From assembly GCA_965601925.1 (NCBI GenBank), contig OZ271854.1:1696001-1760000 (forward strand): 64,000 bases of DNA, given 5' to 3'. Below are positions 1-10,395 of this stretch, piece by piece. Both the position numbers and the translations under genes were made by a program. The stretch is from Alkalispirochaeta sp. (lineage in GTDB: Bacteria; Spirochaetota; Spirochaetia; DSM-27196; Alkalispirochaetaceae). Below the pieces are notes generated by a model. It saw only the letters and a program-made list of their open reading frames with translations, searched no databases and was not told the DNA's origin. Numbering within the stretch: the first letter of the stretch is position 1; the number at the start of each line of letters is the position of its first letter.

Positions 1-476
1 GAATCGGCCAGTCTGCCGTGGACCGTTACTCCAATGCCGCCTTTGACGTGATACTCGTCGCTATTTCGTAAGCGCGTCTCTTGGGTCAGCCACCACTCCG
101 TGTCGATGCGCCCGCCCAGACGATCGAGCCATTCTTGCGCGACCGTACGCGACTCCGCATCGCCGACCATCGCAACTCGCTCAAGCGCCCCGATGATTAC
201 ATTCTCGGGATAGGGCCGAAACACGGGCATCTGGTCGAGGTATCCGCGACCTTCCCATATATCGAACCATTGGTAAATATCGTCCAACGGGTCGGCACTT
301 ATTTGGGAAAAGACGACCGGTGTCGCAACAAACAGCGCGATCGCGATACAGAACACAAGGCGACCTATAGCAGAGAATGCGAGTCGTTCTCGGGTGTAAA
401 GATGTGTTGTCGGGCCGGAACTCGACCGAGCGTCATTCTCGTGAATGGTTCGGGGCATGGAACCTCCAGTTGTCAT
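1..476 (-). CDS. Exported/outer-membrane protein, N-terminal part, runs off the window edge; possibly Wzi-like
   Basis: Hand translation (not in the ORF track) from ATG 476 or 458: ...RLVFCIAIALFVATPVVFSQISADPLDDIYQWFDIWEGRGYLDQMPVFRPYPE..., open to position 1. Signal-peptide-like hydrophobic stretch ending VFS-Q. Confidence 0.6.
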   Translation of the reverse strand, partial: MTTGGSMPRTIHENDARSSSGPTTHLYTRERLAFSAIGRLVFCIAIALFVATPVVFSQISADPLDDIYQWFDIWEGRGYLDQMPVFRPYPENVIIGALERVAMVGDAESRTVAQEWLDRLGGRIDTEWWLTQETRLRNSDEYHVKGGIGVTVHGRLAD

Positions 477-620
477 TGCGGATAGTCTTGACGATGGTAA
501 CATGAGCGATAGTACGAGGTATAGTTATCATATAAAAATGAAAAAAGTATGCTTGGTTGCTTCTTTTTCATGGATTGGCGGATAGGTGCGAAAAAGGAGG
601 ATAGTTCGCGCAACACGCCT

Positions 621-1703
621 CTACGTGACGGAGGATAGTACGGTTTCCCAACGATCGACCAATGATTCAATATTGAAATCATCACTTTTTGCGTAACCGG
701 CTTCCGCTATTCGTCTACTCTCGGCCGGATGCTCGATCAGATATTCTACCGCCTGGCGGAGACCGTCTTCATCGCTCACCGGCACGAGCAGGCCGGTCTC
801 ATCATGTGTGAGAATTTCGGCCGGTCCCGTAGCGCAGTCGGAAGCGACACTCGCAACGCCTTGGCCCAACGCTTCTATCAGCGCGTTCGGATATCCTTCA
901 TATCGCGAGGACAGGACGAATATTCGAGCGTTCCGAAGCCATCTCTCCGGGTCCCGAGCATTGCCCACCAGTTTGATCTGTCCCTCCAACCGGTGGCGGT
1001 CGACCATGCTTTGCAGGCGGTCTCTCTCCGGGCCCTCGCCAAGGATGTATAAACTCCAGTCTTGATGGGCCGTAAGAACCGGTGCGATCGCATTAATGAG
1101 AATGTCAAATCCTTTTTGGGGTACCAAACGCCCCATTGCTATCACATGGTGAGATCGATCATCCCAGTCGGGAAATGCGGGTGCTCTTCCGACGATCGGG
1201 TTGTACAGTACCTCCCGCCGCTCCGAACGCACCCACGCGAACTTCGCATCCATTGCACGACTGACCGATACAAGTCGACTCACTCTGCGATAGAAGCACC
1301 TTCGAAGCAGATTCCATGGAAACGATAGAGGTTCCGAAGAAGGGTCGACCCGTTCCGAGACTATTAACGGGACGTCACATCCCAGAAGTGATGCTGCAAC
1401 GCGAATGTTCCATTTGCTCATAAAAGAAATAACTACATCGGGATTCTCGGCGAGAATCGCTCGACGAATTGCCCGATGGCGCGACAGCGCGGCGAGTGCG
1501 CGACCCACACCTCCCGAGACTCTCGTATCGTGAATAGCTCGTCTGGCGACACCGGGCGCTACTTCGTAAAAGTCCGTATCCGGCGACATTTTGGTAACAA
1601 TGGCGACGGAGTGTCCGCGCTTGGAAAGCTCGTCGGCCAATCGGGTGGTCACGCGCTCAGCTCCGCCAGACCAAAGTGAAAAGAGGGTAAAAACTATTCG
1701 CAA
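621..1703 (-). CDS. GT4 glycosyltransferase (PglJ/GalNAc-transferase-like)
   Basis: N-terminal GGAER, GRLVPQKGFD, and SRYEGYPNALIEA (EX7E) motifs. TTG start abuts the asnB stop. Confidence 0.9.
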   Translation of the reverse strand: MRIVFTLFSLWSGGAERVTTRLADELSKRGHSVAIVTKMSPDTDFYEVAPGVARRAIHDTRVSGGVGRALAALSRHRAIRRAILAENPDVVISFMSKWNIRVAASLLGCDVPLIVSERVDPSSEPLSFPWNLLRRCFYRRVSRLVSVSRAMDAKFAWVRSERREVLYNPIVGRAPAFPDWDDRSHHVIAMGRLVPQKGFDILINAIAPVLTAHQDWSLYILGEGPERDRLQSMVDRHRLEGQIKLVGNARDPERWLRNARIFVLSSRYEGYPNALIEALGQGVASVASDCATGPAEILTHDETGLLVPVSDEDGLRQAVEYLIEHPAESRRIAEAGYAKSDDFNIESLVDRWETVLSSVT

Positions 1704-3608
1704 TTAGCCCACCCAGCGTTCATACCACATCTCAAACATTAATAATGTCCAGAGTTGCCTGAATGTCGTGTGTGCTCCCGAAAGATACCGATCTCGATAT
1801 TCAACAATCGGCTTGGGATGGAAAATCCCGACCTTTTTCAGACGACGTTCATCGAGATAGTGGAGTAGGTAATCCTTGAGTTCCGATTTGAACCATTGCG
1901 CTACCGGGACACTGAAACCCATTTTGGGCCGTTCCATTAGCTCCTTCGGCACGTGGCGATAAAGGACTTTGCGAAGAATGTATTTGCTTTGACCATCGCG
2001 CAACTTTTGGTCTGCCGGTAGTCGAGAGGCGAACTCCACGACACGATGATCGAGTAAAGGATCTCTACCTTCCAGACTGGTAGACATCGTCGCTCTATCG
2101 ACCTTTACCAAGACGTCATCGACCATGTAGGTTTTGTAGTCGGTCGCAAGAAGCTTGCCGAGCGTCGGTACATGAGGTTCGAAACGATGGTATTCATCGA
2201 AGAACGTGTGGTACGTCGGAACAAACCCGGGCATCAAAGACTGCAGATGTTCATCGGTGAAGGCTCGCGCTTTATGCTTTAGAACCGCAACGGGGTCTCC
2301 CGTTTTTATTATTTCCTTCACTTTGTTATATCTATTTGAAAAATTATATATTTTATCGTTAAACGGTATTGATTCAGGAGGGATGGCCCCCATGATCGAG
2401 GATATTGCTCCGCTCATAAGATCCGGCATCCAACCGAATCGTTTGTGATAGTCAATAGCCCGAGGATACTTGTCGTAACCGGCGAATGTCTCGTCTCCCG
2501 CGTCGGCGCTGAGAGCGACCTTTACGTGCTCTTTCGCCATTCTGGAAACGAGTATAGTAGGAATTGCCGAGGCGTCGGAAAACGGTTCGTCATAGTAGTG
2601 GGGGATCTCCGGCAGAATTTCGACCGTTTCCTTAGTGGTGCAATAGAGTTGATGGTGATCGGTACCCAGGTACTTTGCGATCTTTTCCGCATAGATCGCC
2701 TCATTGTATTCCTGTTCGTGAAAACCGATAGTGAACGTCTTGATCGGTTCGGTATGTTCATGCTGCAGCAACGCCGCCACGACCGTACTATCGAGCCCAC
2801 CGCTGAGGAACACACCGACAGGAACGTCGGCTATCAGACGGTAGTTAAAGGCGGACTTCAGGAGCCGTTCCAGTTCGTCGGCAGCTTCGTCGTCCGAGAG
2901 CGCCAACGGTTCGGAGTTATAATGATCGACAACATCCCAGTAGGTTCTGTCCTCTATCTTTCGACGAGTCAGATCGATCTCCAGGTAGTGACCCGGCTTT
3001 ACGCGCGCGGTATCCTGGTAGATCGAATATGGAGCCGGAACGTATCCATACTGCAAATAGGCTTGTAACGCACCGTGGTCGATTCTGCGCGGAAACGAAG
3101 GACATGCAGCGAGCGCCTTCAGTTCGGATCCAAAAAGAAGCCGGTTCCCGTCGGTATAATAGTAGAGCGGCTTCACGCCGGGACGGTCTCGGAATAGATA
3201 GACTCTTCCGGCCCTTTCATCATAAATCGCGAATGCATACATCCCGATGAAGCGCTCTACGGCCTGCGGTCCCCATACCTGAAACGCTACGAGGATTACC
3301 TCGGTGTCGCACTCCGATTCAAACGAGTGTCCAAGTGCCCGGAGCTCCTCCCTGATTTCCAGAAAGTTGTACACTTCGCCGTTGAATACGATAGATAAAG
3401 AACCGCGACGCATTGGCTGATGTCCCGCCGCGCTGAGATCGAGTATCGAGAGACGTCTATGACCGAGTCCTACGGTGACTTCGCCTCGCCGGTACACTTC
3501 GTAGCCTGAATCATCCGGTCCCCGATGCGTCAAAGAGTCCGCCATCGCTACGACCTCGGTACGACCCAGCTTATTGGTAAAGTCTACAAAACCTGTTATT
3601 CCGCACAT
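1704..3608 (-). CDS. asnB: Asparagine synthase (glutamine-hydrolysing)-like amidotransferase, probably glycan-amidating
   Basis: True start MCGITG at 3608 (Ntn Cys), HRGPD, RRLSILDL, FNGEVYNF, LSGGLDS PP-loop, KVDRATM...LEGRDP. Overlaps the upstream GT stop. Confidence 0.93.
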   Translation of the reverse strand: MCGITGFVDFTNKLGRTEVVAMADSLTHRGPDDSGYEVYRRGEVTVGLGHRRLSILDLSAAGHQPMRRGSLSIVFNGEVYNFLEIREELRALGHSFESECDTEVILVAFQVWGPQAVERFIGMYAFAIYDERAGRVYLFRDRPGVKPLYYYTDGNRLLFGSELKALAACPSFPRRIDHGALQAYLQYGYVPAPYSIYQDTARVKPGHYLEIDLTRRKIEDRTYWDVVDHYNSEPLALSDDEAADELERLLKSAFNYRLIADVPVGVFLSGGLDSTVVAALLQHEHTEPIKTFTIGFHEQEYNEAIYAEKIAKYLGTDHHQLYCTTKETVEILPEIPHYYDEPFSDASAIPTILVSRMAKEHVKVALSADAGDETFAGYDKYPRAIDYHKRFGWMPDLMSGAISSIMGAIPPESIPFNDKIYNFSNRYNKVKEIIKTGDPVAVLKHKARAFTDEHLQSLMPGFVPTYHTFFDEYHRFEPHVPTLGKLLATDYKTYMVDDVLVKVDRATMSTSLEGRDPLLDHRVVEFASRLPADQKLRDGQSKYILRKVLYRHVPKELMERPKMGFSVPVAQWFKSELKDYLLHYLDERRLKKVGIFHPKPIVEYRDRYLSGAHTTFRQLWTLLMFEMWYERWVG

Positions 3609-4669
3609 ACTTGTCTCAGGAGTGTATCCCATTGGTCCGTGATCGCCGAGAGGGTATGCATAGAAGCCGTCTGCCGCGCGGCCATACCGAATCGTGAGGC
3701 AACTTCCGGATGGGATGACAGTCGCTCGATAGAGCGTGATAGTTGCTCGACGTCGTCGACGGGAATCAATATACCGTTGTGATCGTCCTCGATCAGGTCC
3801 CGGGGACCGTGGGGGCAGTCGGTACTAATGCAGGCGCAGCCGCACGCCATGGCTTCCAAAAGGGCGTTTGGGTATCCTTCATAACGACTCGTCATGACGA
3901 AGATACGGTGTCTCGTGTAAAGACGAGCGACATCCTCCGTGTAGCCCAGAAAGTGAACGCGATCGGTAACTCCGAGTTGGACCGCGAGTTCTTGCAAGGC
4001 GCGTTCATGTGAGCCCGTTCCGGCTATCGTCAGCTTTACCGGTACGGCGCATTCGGCAATACCGCGCAACAGTATGTCAAATCCTTTTTGGTGCTCCAAA
4101 CGGCCGACCGCAAGAATCGATGCCGCCGGTCTGTGCTCCAGTTCCTCAGCATGTGAACAGTCAAATGAGAGCGGGTTGGCGATTACTTTCGCGCTCATAA
4201 AACGCCTATAGTATTCCGCATCCGATTGCGTTTGCGTCACCAGTGCCGATGCACGCGGGTACACGACCCTTCGAAGAGTGCGCCACAGTCTACTCGAAAG
4301 AAACTCTGCCGCTATGCGCTCGGAGACGATCGTCGGAACGCCCTCTCGGCGTCCGGCTGCAGTCGCGATCACGTTGTTGTACGTGAGAAAACTGACGAGC
4401 ACGTCGGGTCGATACTCCGATAGGAGTCGGCGGATTGAAATAATTCGGGAAACGTTTTTGACAAGTCCTTGAAACGCCGAAGAAGATTTCTTGCAGAGAT
4501 CGAGCTCTATGATTTCCACCGACGAAATCGGATGATGGTGGCGCTGTTTTCGACATTTGCACGCGATCGCTACGGCGTTACCGCGTCGCGATAGCTCATT
4601 CGCTAACGCGACGACGACCCGTTGTGCTCCCCCCTCGTGGAGGGCGGACAAGAAAAACAGAATTTTCAC
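3596..4669 (-). CDS. GT4 glycosyltransferase (PglJ-like)
   Basis: GGAQR, GRLEHQKGFD, SRYEGYPNALLEAMACG. Confidence 0.9.
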   Translation of the reverse strand: MKILFFLSALHEGGAQRVVVALANELSRRGNAVAIACKCRKQRHHHPISSVEIIELDLCKKSSSAFQGLVKNVSRIISIRRLLSEYRPDVLVSFLTYNNVIATAAGRREGVPTIVSERIAAEFLSSRLWRTLRRVVYPRASALVTQTQSDAEYYRRFMSAKVIANPLSFDCSHAEELEHRPAASILAVGRLEHQKGFDILLRGIAECAVPVKLTIAGTGSHERALQELAVQLGVTDRVHFLGYTEDVARLYTRHRIFVMTSRYEGYPNALLEAMACGCACISTDCPHGPRDLIEDDHNGILIPVDDVEQLSRSIERLSSHPEVASRFGMAARQTASMHTLSAITDQWDTLLRQVCAE

Positions 4670-4681
4670 GCTCTCGAAGCC

Positions 4682-5479
4682 CTACGTGTCGTGCGGGCGT
4701 CTGCCGACGTAAAAGAGGCTGCGACCTTTTCCGAGATCGGCTCTGAGACGACGACTTCTGGTACCGGACAAACGAAAGACGATATCCACCATGCGCAGCA
4801 ACGGATTTCGGAGGTATTGTCTGAGCACGTGCCGCTTCCCTTTTCGCTTCTGAAAATTCCGAAAGTCGGTGTGATCGCATAGTATGGTATGGAACCCGAC
4901 ACGCTCCATAATGCCTACGAGTTTCGACACGTCAAATGAAGAGAAATGAAGCCATCGATGAAACACCGTGGAACAATTCGGGCAGAAACACATATCATCT
5001 TCAAGATTTTCCTCGTACGGGGTTGTGACGAATATGTATCCTCCCGGCTTGACCAACGGGAGCAGACGCTCGAACGTTGGAACGATATCGTCGGGAAAAA
5101 GATGTTCGATTGTCTCAATAGATAAAACGAGATCAAAACTATCATCGCTGAAAGGTAGTGTTGTATCCGTAACGACTTCCGCGACACCAAAAGAGGGATG
5201 TCCCTTATATCGATCGCGAACCGTAGCGATACTGTCCGGAGAATAATCCAGCCCGGAGACCGTGACGTTCTTGTCCAGTATGCGTGCCATGAGGTCGCCC
5301 TTACCACAACCGTAGTCAAGAACGTTTCCGTTCAGAACATTGAGGCTCCTGAGGAATGTCGCTACACCGTCACCAACCATTTCGCTGAAATACGTGCGTT
5401 GATACGGCCGCCAGCTACTGGCGAAGTTCCACAGCCGTTCTATGTGCTTCGGCTCTATTTCAAGGAAATTCCAATTCAA
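4682..5479 (-). CDS. Class I SAM-dependent methyltransferase
   Basis: VLDYGCGKG motif I, FDLVLSIETIEH, VKPGG, CPNC. TTG start with AGGAGA Shine-Dalgarno. Confidence 0.88.
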   Translation of the reverse strand: MNWNFLEIEPKHIERLWNFASSWRPYQRTYFSEMVGDGVATFLRSLNVLNGNVLDYGCGKGDLMARILDKNVTVSGLDYSPDSIATVRDRYKGHPSFGVAEVVTDTTLPFSDDSFDLVLSIETIEHLFPDDIVPTFERLLPLVKPGGYIFVTTPYEENLEDDMCFCPNCSTVFHRWLHFSSFDVSKLVGIMERVGFHTILCDHTDFRNFQKRKGKRHVLRQYLRNPLLRMVDIVFRLSGTRSRRLRADLGKGRSLFYVGRRPHDT

Positions 5480-5968
5480 AAGATTTCTCCTATCAATAAT
5501 GTATAGAGTTCATGAAAAGACCGGTAGATTCTTTTTATACCATTATTTAGCAACGAAAGCCTATGAGGGTGACACCATAGCATGTCTGGCACCTTTTAAA
5601 AAGAATAGACCATATACCCCGTGTGATATATGGTACCATGCGATCTCCGTCCGTCGACGCGCTCCGTATCACGATTGCGACCGTTTATGCGCAGAAAACC
5701 CGGCGTGCTGCCAACAGAGCCCATGTTAGACCCGAGACCGTCGGGGCTGATGCTCCTATCTTCCGAGGATTTGTCATAGCATAAATTTTCGGGATGAAAA
5801 TCAATAAACGCGCGTGATGCGAACTCAGGATGAGATACTCTTACATGCATGAAGAGTGCGGCTCGGTATTGTTCAACATCACGGTATGCGTCGGTTGTCC
5901 CCGTATGCCGTCTGCCATAGAATAGCCGTACAAATATGCTCAAGTTTCAAAGGCCGAGGAATTTCAGT

Positions 5969-7375
5969 ATGACGACGGGTTCGGTAAGAGTTGCTATTTT
6001 AGCCTTATTCTGTATTTTATGCTCTGCATACGCTTCCGCTATAGAGCTTTCAATCGATCACCGATTTATCGGTGCCGTCGAAGGAATGCCGCATTGGCTC
6101 GAGCGAATGCGTTGGGGAACGGTGCAGGATAGTCTCTATCAATCCGTCACGGGAGCCGAAGTTCTAGGCGATGCCGAGATCGGCAGCGTTCTTTTTTACG
6201 GAGAGGCGGACTTGCAAGCCACCATATCCGAGGAGCCTGCCGGCCAGATACGCGAGTTATACGGCAGCGTCGCGTACGGACCCATCGCCTTTCGGGGTGG
6301 TGTGTTCAGGCAAACGCTGGGGTATACCGGACCAATGAACCTATCGTCCGGGTCGATGTCCGTGAGTGGAAACGCGGCGCCGATTCCTCGTTTACAGCTT
6401 CTCACGCCCGACTTTGTTTCGGTGCCGTTTACCGGAGATATTCTTGCGTTTTCCGGCGGACTATCCCACGGGTGGTTCACCGGCGATCGCGCCGTAGACT
6501 TGCCGTTGCTTCATGAGAAATGGCTCTACTTGCAGCTTCAGCGTGAACGGGTGTTTCGTGCGCGACTCGGACTGATTCACCACGCGCAATGGGGCGGAGA
6601 CGGAGTCGGTACGGTTCCGGCAACTTTTTCTAACTACTGGCGCGTATTTTTCGCGAGCTCAGGCGGATCCGACTCTTCTGAGAGTGACCAAATAAATAGC
6701 GTGGGAAACTCTTTGGGAACGTGGGATGCCAACTTTACACTGTTTCTCGATAACTGGGAAATAACGCTCTACCGACACTACTTTTTTGAAGATAGTGCCG
6801 GATTTAGGGAATTTAATAATGTAACGGATGGTTTGTCCGGTATTCATATCAACTTCACGCAGGTACAGTTCATTCAAAACATCGTACTTGAGACGCTTTG
6901 GACCCGTCATCAAGGTGGTGAATACCACGATCTCGGTTTTTTGGGCCGCCCGGATATTATCTGGGGAGGACGAGATCATTACTACGACCATAGCGCGTAT
7001 CGCAGCGGATGGACGTATCAGAACCATATCCTCGGTACGTCCCTTTTTGAAACGACCGGTGAAGACGAGTCCCTAAGAATCGCCAGTAATCGGGTAATCG
7101 CGTGGCATGCCGGGATAGATGGTGCGATTTCGCCCAGAATCGGCTATCGAGTTCTCTCGACGGTGACGCAACACTACCCTGCATATGCTCGAGCCACACT
7201 GGTAACGGAAGCGGAAAGGACCAAGCGACAATGGTATCATTATCTCGGTGTAACATTGCGTCGCCCGGCTCGAATCGACGGGGCCGAACTATCGGTCGGT
7301 CTCGCGTTTGACCATGGGGAGCTGTTCGACGAACGATATGGAGCGGAAATCTTCTTCCGCTACCGGTTACGATAG
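5969..7375 (+). CDS. wzi: Capsule assembly Wzi-family outer-membrane beta-barrel
   Basis: Signal peptide (AYASA), SSGSMSVSGNAAPIP, LHEKWLY, HHAQWGG, GNSLGTWD, aromatic C-terminus FFRYRLR. SD GAGGA before ATG 5969. Confidence 0.8.
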   Translation: MTTGSVRVAILALFCILCSAYASAIELSIDHRFIGAVEGMPHWLERMRWGTVQDSLYQSVTGAEVLGDAEIGSVLFYGEADLQATISEEPAGQIRELYGSVAYGPIAFRGGVFRQTLGYTGPMNLSSGSMSVSGNAAPIPRLQLLTPDFVSVPFTGDILAFSGGLSHGWFTGDRAVDLPLLHEKWLYLQLQRERVFRARLGLIHHAQWGGDGVGTVPATFSNYWRVFFASSGGSDSSESDQINSVGNSLGTWDANFTLFLDNWEITLYRHYFFEDSAGFREFNNVTDGLSGIHINFTQVQFIQNIVLETLWTRHQGGEYHDLGFLGRPDIIWGGRDHYYDHSAYRSGWTYQNHILGTSLFETTGEDESLRIASNRVIAWHAGIDGAISPRIGYRVLSTVTQHYPAYARATLVTEAERTKRQWYHYLGVTLRRPARIDGAELSVGLAFDHGELFDERYGAEIFFRYRLR

Positions 7376-7407
7376 ATACTCTCGAGAAAGCGTGTTTTAG
7401 GTCCCGT

Positions 7408-8856
7408 ATGCCGTCTCTCAAGACCAACGCCTTTTACAGCGTCGCATATCAAGTAATTCGACTCATATTCCCGATCGTTACATATCCGTATGTGAGCCGA
7501 ATCATAGGCCCCGAGGGTATCGGTAAGGTTTCATACGCCCAAACGTTGGCCAATTACGTTTCGGTCGTTGCGCTTCTGGGTTTGCCGATGTACGCGAGCA
7601 GAGAAATCAGTAGAAGTCGCGCGAAAGAGGGAGCGCTCAACAAAGCGTATTCGGAGCTTATTACGCTTAGCTTTCTGTTATCGCTGGCCGGGTTTGTCGT
7701 GTATGCTTCGCTGCCCGCGCTCTTCCCGGCCGTTACCGCCGGACGCACACTGCATTGGCTTTTCGCGCTCGCGGTCGCCACCAACTTTGCCAAGCTGGAT
7801 TGGTTCTTTCAGGGTATAGAGAACTATCGTTATGTCACGATTCGAAACCTCGTCGTGCGTATTGCCACGGTGGCGCTGATTTTTTCCGTGATTACGCAAC
7901 CCGATCACTTTGTGCGGTACGGAATGCTCTGGGTCGGCGGCACGGTAATCGGCAATCTCTGGAACTTGGCGTACTCATTACGCTTTGCCGCGGTGTCAAT
8001 TCGCGGAATTCGTCCGTTTCGACACGTCAAAGCACTCCTGCCGAGCGCAGGCCTCGCCCTTACCGCTACTTTGTACGATAGTCTCGATACTCTCATGCTC
8101 GGAACGCTCGTAAATGACGACCGTTATTCCGTCGGTATATACTCCGTCGCGGCACGTCTCATTCGCATTGGAGTGAGTATCGTGGCCGCCGGGAATGCGG
8201 CAATAGGTCCTCGCATCACATTGCAACACGAGCTCGGAGACAAACGGGGGATGAATCGGATAATACAGAAGAGCTTCTGGATTACCCTCTTCTTCGGTGT
8301 TCCTGCGGTCATCGGGATCTTTTTGTTGGCCGATGATCTCGTACTTCTGTTTGCCGGCCGGCAGTTTGTCGATAGCATTACGACCCTCAGAATCAAAGCT
8401 CCGGAGCTGTTACTGCTCGGGTTGACTACCATTCTGGCAGGGCAGATTATGTACGCTCGAAGACGAGATAAGGCTCTCCTGAAAGTGACGATCAGCGTCC
8501 TGGTTGTCGCCATCGGTCTCAACATGCTGCTTATTCCTACGTTGCGACAGGATGGCGCCGCCATCGGTACGCTATTATCTCGCATCATAGAGATGTCGAT
8601 ACTCACGATCATCGGTTGGTCGGCAGTTAAGGATTTTGTCCTGCATCGCGAGACGGTAAAGATTCTTCTTCTCAATATGATCTGGGGAGGGCTGCTTTTT
8701 GTCTCTCTTGGCCTTGCCGAGGATTTTTCGATTCCAATCAGAATGACCGTTTTGGTATTGGGTGGGGCGTTTGTGTACGGGCTGATGTCGCTTGCACTTC
8801 GCTTACAGGTGGCGCGACAGATTCTGGGTTGGTTCTGGAAAACGAAGCGAGCTTAG
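7408..8856 (+). CDS. wzx: Polysaccharide flippase (Wzx/MOP family)
   Basis: About 12-14 TM segments, FPIVTYPYVSRIIGPEGIG, LDWFFQGIENY, VGIYSVA. Confidence 0.9.
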   Translation: MPSLKTNAFYSVAYQVIRLIFPIVTYPYVSRIIGPEGIGKVSYAQTLANYVSVVALLGLPMYASREISRSRAKEGALNKAYSELITLSFLLSLAGFVVYASLPALFPAVTAGRTLHWLFALAVATNFAKLDWFFQGIENYRYVTIRNLVVRIATVALIFSVITQPDHFVRYGMLWVGGTVIGNLWNLAYSLRFAAVSIRGIRPFRHVKALLPSAGLALTATLYDSLDTLMLGTLVNDDRYSVGIYSVAARLIRIGVSIVAAGNAAIGPRITLQHELGDKRGMNRIIQKSFWITLFFGVPAVIGIFLLADDLVLLFAGRQFVDSITTLRIKAPELLLLGLTTILAGQIMYARRRDKALLKVTISVLVVAIGLNMLLIPTLRQDGAAIGTLLSRIIEMSILTIIGWSAVKDFVLHRETVKILLLNMIWGGLLFVSLGLAEDFSIPIRMTVLVLGGAFVYGLMSLALRLQVARQILGWFWKTKRA

Positions 8857-9080
8857 GCGGTCCGTGTTCCGTGCGTTTCCGGTGCCGCTGTCGACGGGCA
8901 AGAGGACCAAACCGTTCTGAACTGAGTGAGCCACGTTTTCATTGGCCCGCATTTCCGATATACTGCCGATATTCTTCTTACGGTGATACTGTTGGGGTGC
9001 GGACATTCCATCGAACTGAGTTTTATGCGACTGTTGTAACCCCGACCTCATCTCGGCTATTGCTAACACAGAATGAGAGA

Positions 9081-10286
9081 ATGAAAACAGGCTATAAGAA
9101 GAAACAAGACTCCCTGTTCGCGTCGAGCAACCCCACCATTGTCGGTTTTTTTCCACCACCGGAGATACGAACGGGTGGTCATCGGCGTTTTTTGGAGCTT
9201 ATGAGGGGGTTAGCCGAACGAGGGTATGAGGTCAATCTGCTTCACAATGCGAACGTCCGCGGGGTAGATACTCCGCTGCCGGGGCGTTGCATACCATTGC
9301 CCATTTCATCGGGGCGTGGGCCGGCGTGGTGGCGCTACCTCCGCGCAGTCAAGAATCGGCGTGTCGAACTCACCGAGACGCTCGCTACAAGACCGTTGGT
9401 GGTAGTCGCGTTCAGTACAACCGATTACTTCGCAGCCAAGGCGCTCTCTCGTCATCTGAATGCGCCGCTGCTTTTCTCTTTTCGCAGCAATATCGTCACC
9501 ATCCACAGGCGCTTCGGTATGCTTCATAAAGAGTCGCGTAGATTCAAACATCTACAGCTACTCGTTCAAGGTATCTGGAAACGGTTTCTCGAGTGGCGTA
9601 TAAGCTGCGGTGCGGATCGTATCGTGTTCCAATCTGACTTTGATCGTGACGAGATTGTAGGACGAAACTCCTGTGCGGACCGGAGGAGTGTCATTATTCC
9701 GAACTCCATACAGGCGAGTTGGTTCTCTCCTGAGCACGCCCGAACAAATCGGAGCGACAAAGTCGAGAAGATTATTTTCTTGGGCAGCCTTGGGGAGCGC
9801 AAAGGAATTCAGTACTTGATTCCGGCTATGCGCGTGTTGTGCAACGAGCGCCGTTATCGTATACGTCTCGATGTCGTCGGGTTCGGTGGGTTGGAAGCGT
9901 GGGCAAAGACGTATATCGAAGAGCATGACTTGGCCGACTGCGTTCGAATACTCGGGCGCGACAGACGGCCGCTCGATCGACTGGCCAAGTCTGATCTATT
10001 GGTAGTGCCTTCGCTTTACGACAGTTTTCCCAACAGCGTTCTTGAGGCGTTATATGTCGGCACGCCCGTCATCGGTACGAATACAAGCGGTATCAAGGCA
10101 ATTCTTGCGGCTCCCGAGTTGCTCTTCGATTCCGAAAGCACCGAGGCCATTGTACAAGCGTTAGACGACTTGATACGCGATAATAGTCGTTATCTGCACG
10201 TAAAGAGGCGGTGCGCGGAGCGGCGAGATACATTCGATTTCGATTGGATCGGGCGGTTCGAAGAAGTTTTACGAACGTTTGCGTAA
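9081..10286 (+). CDS. GT4 glycosyltransferase
   Basis: TGGHRR, GSLGERKGI, PSLYDSFPNSVLEA. Likely start MKTGYKK at 9081. Confidence 0.85.
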   Translation: MKTGYKKKQDSLFASSNPTIVGFFPPPEIRTGGHRRFLELMRGLAERGYEVNLLHNANVRGVDTPLPGRCIPLPISSGRGPAWWRYLRAVKNRRVELTETLATRPLVVVAFSTTDYFAAKALSRHLNAPLLFSFRSNIVTIHRRFGMLHKESRRFKHLQLLVQGIWKRFLEWRISCGADRIVFQSDFDRDEIVGRNSCADRRSVIIPNSIQASWFSPEHARTNRSDKVEKIIFLGSLGERKGIQYLIPAMRVLCNERRYRIRLDVVGFGGLEAWAKTYIEEHDLADCVRILGRDRRPLDRLAKSDLLVVPSLYDSFPNSVLEALYVGTPVIGTNTSGIKAILAAPELLFDSESTEAIVQALDDLIRDNSRYLHVKRRCAERRDTFDFDWIGRFEEVLRTFA

Positions 10287-10395
10287 CGTCGCGGATATGA
10301 GGGATTAATGTGTACCCAAACTCGACGCACCTCGCCGATTATCAAGCGATTCTCCGTCGGTCATCAAATAAAAGGCGAACTATCGGTTATGCACC

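Noticed and set aside
538..585. Micro-ORF MKKVCLVASFSWIGG resembling a GT N-terminus; nearby ops-like GGCGGATAG and orphan AAGGAGG
   Set aside because: Too short, no continuation, imperfect ops match; chance in an AT-rich spacer is likely.
5442..5943. Small ORFs in the methyltransferase-wzi spacer
   Set aside because: No recognisable motifs; more likely a divergent promoter region.
8829..9080. N-terminal extension of the GT and a repeated GAACTGAGT 9-mer
   Set aside because: The extension overlaps wzx and looks non-coding; two copies of a 9-mer are not significant.
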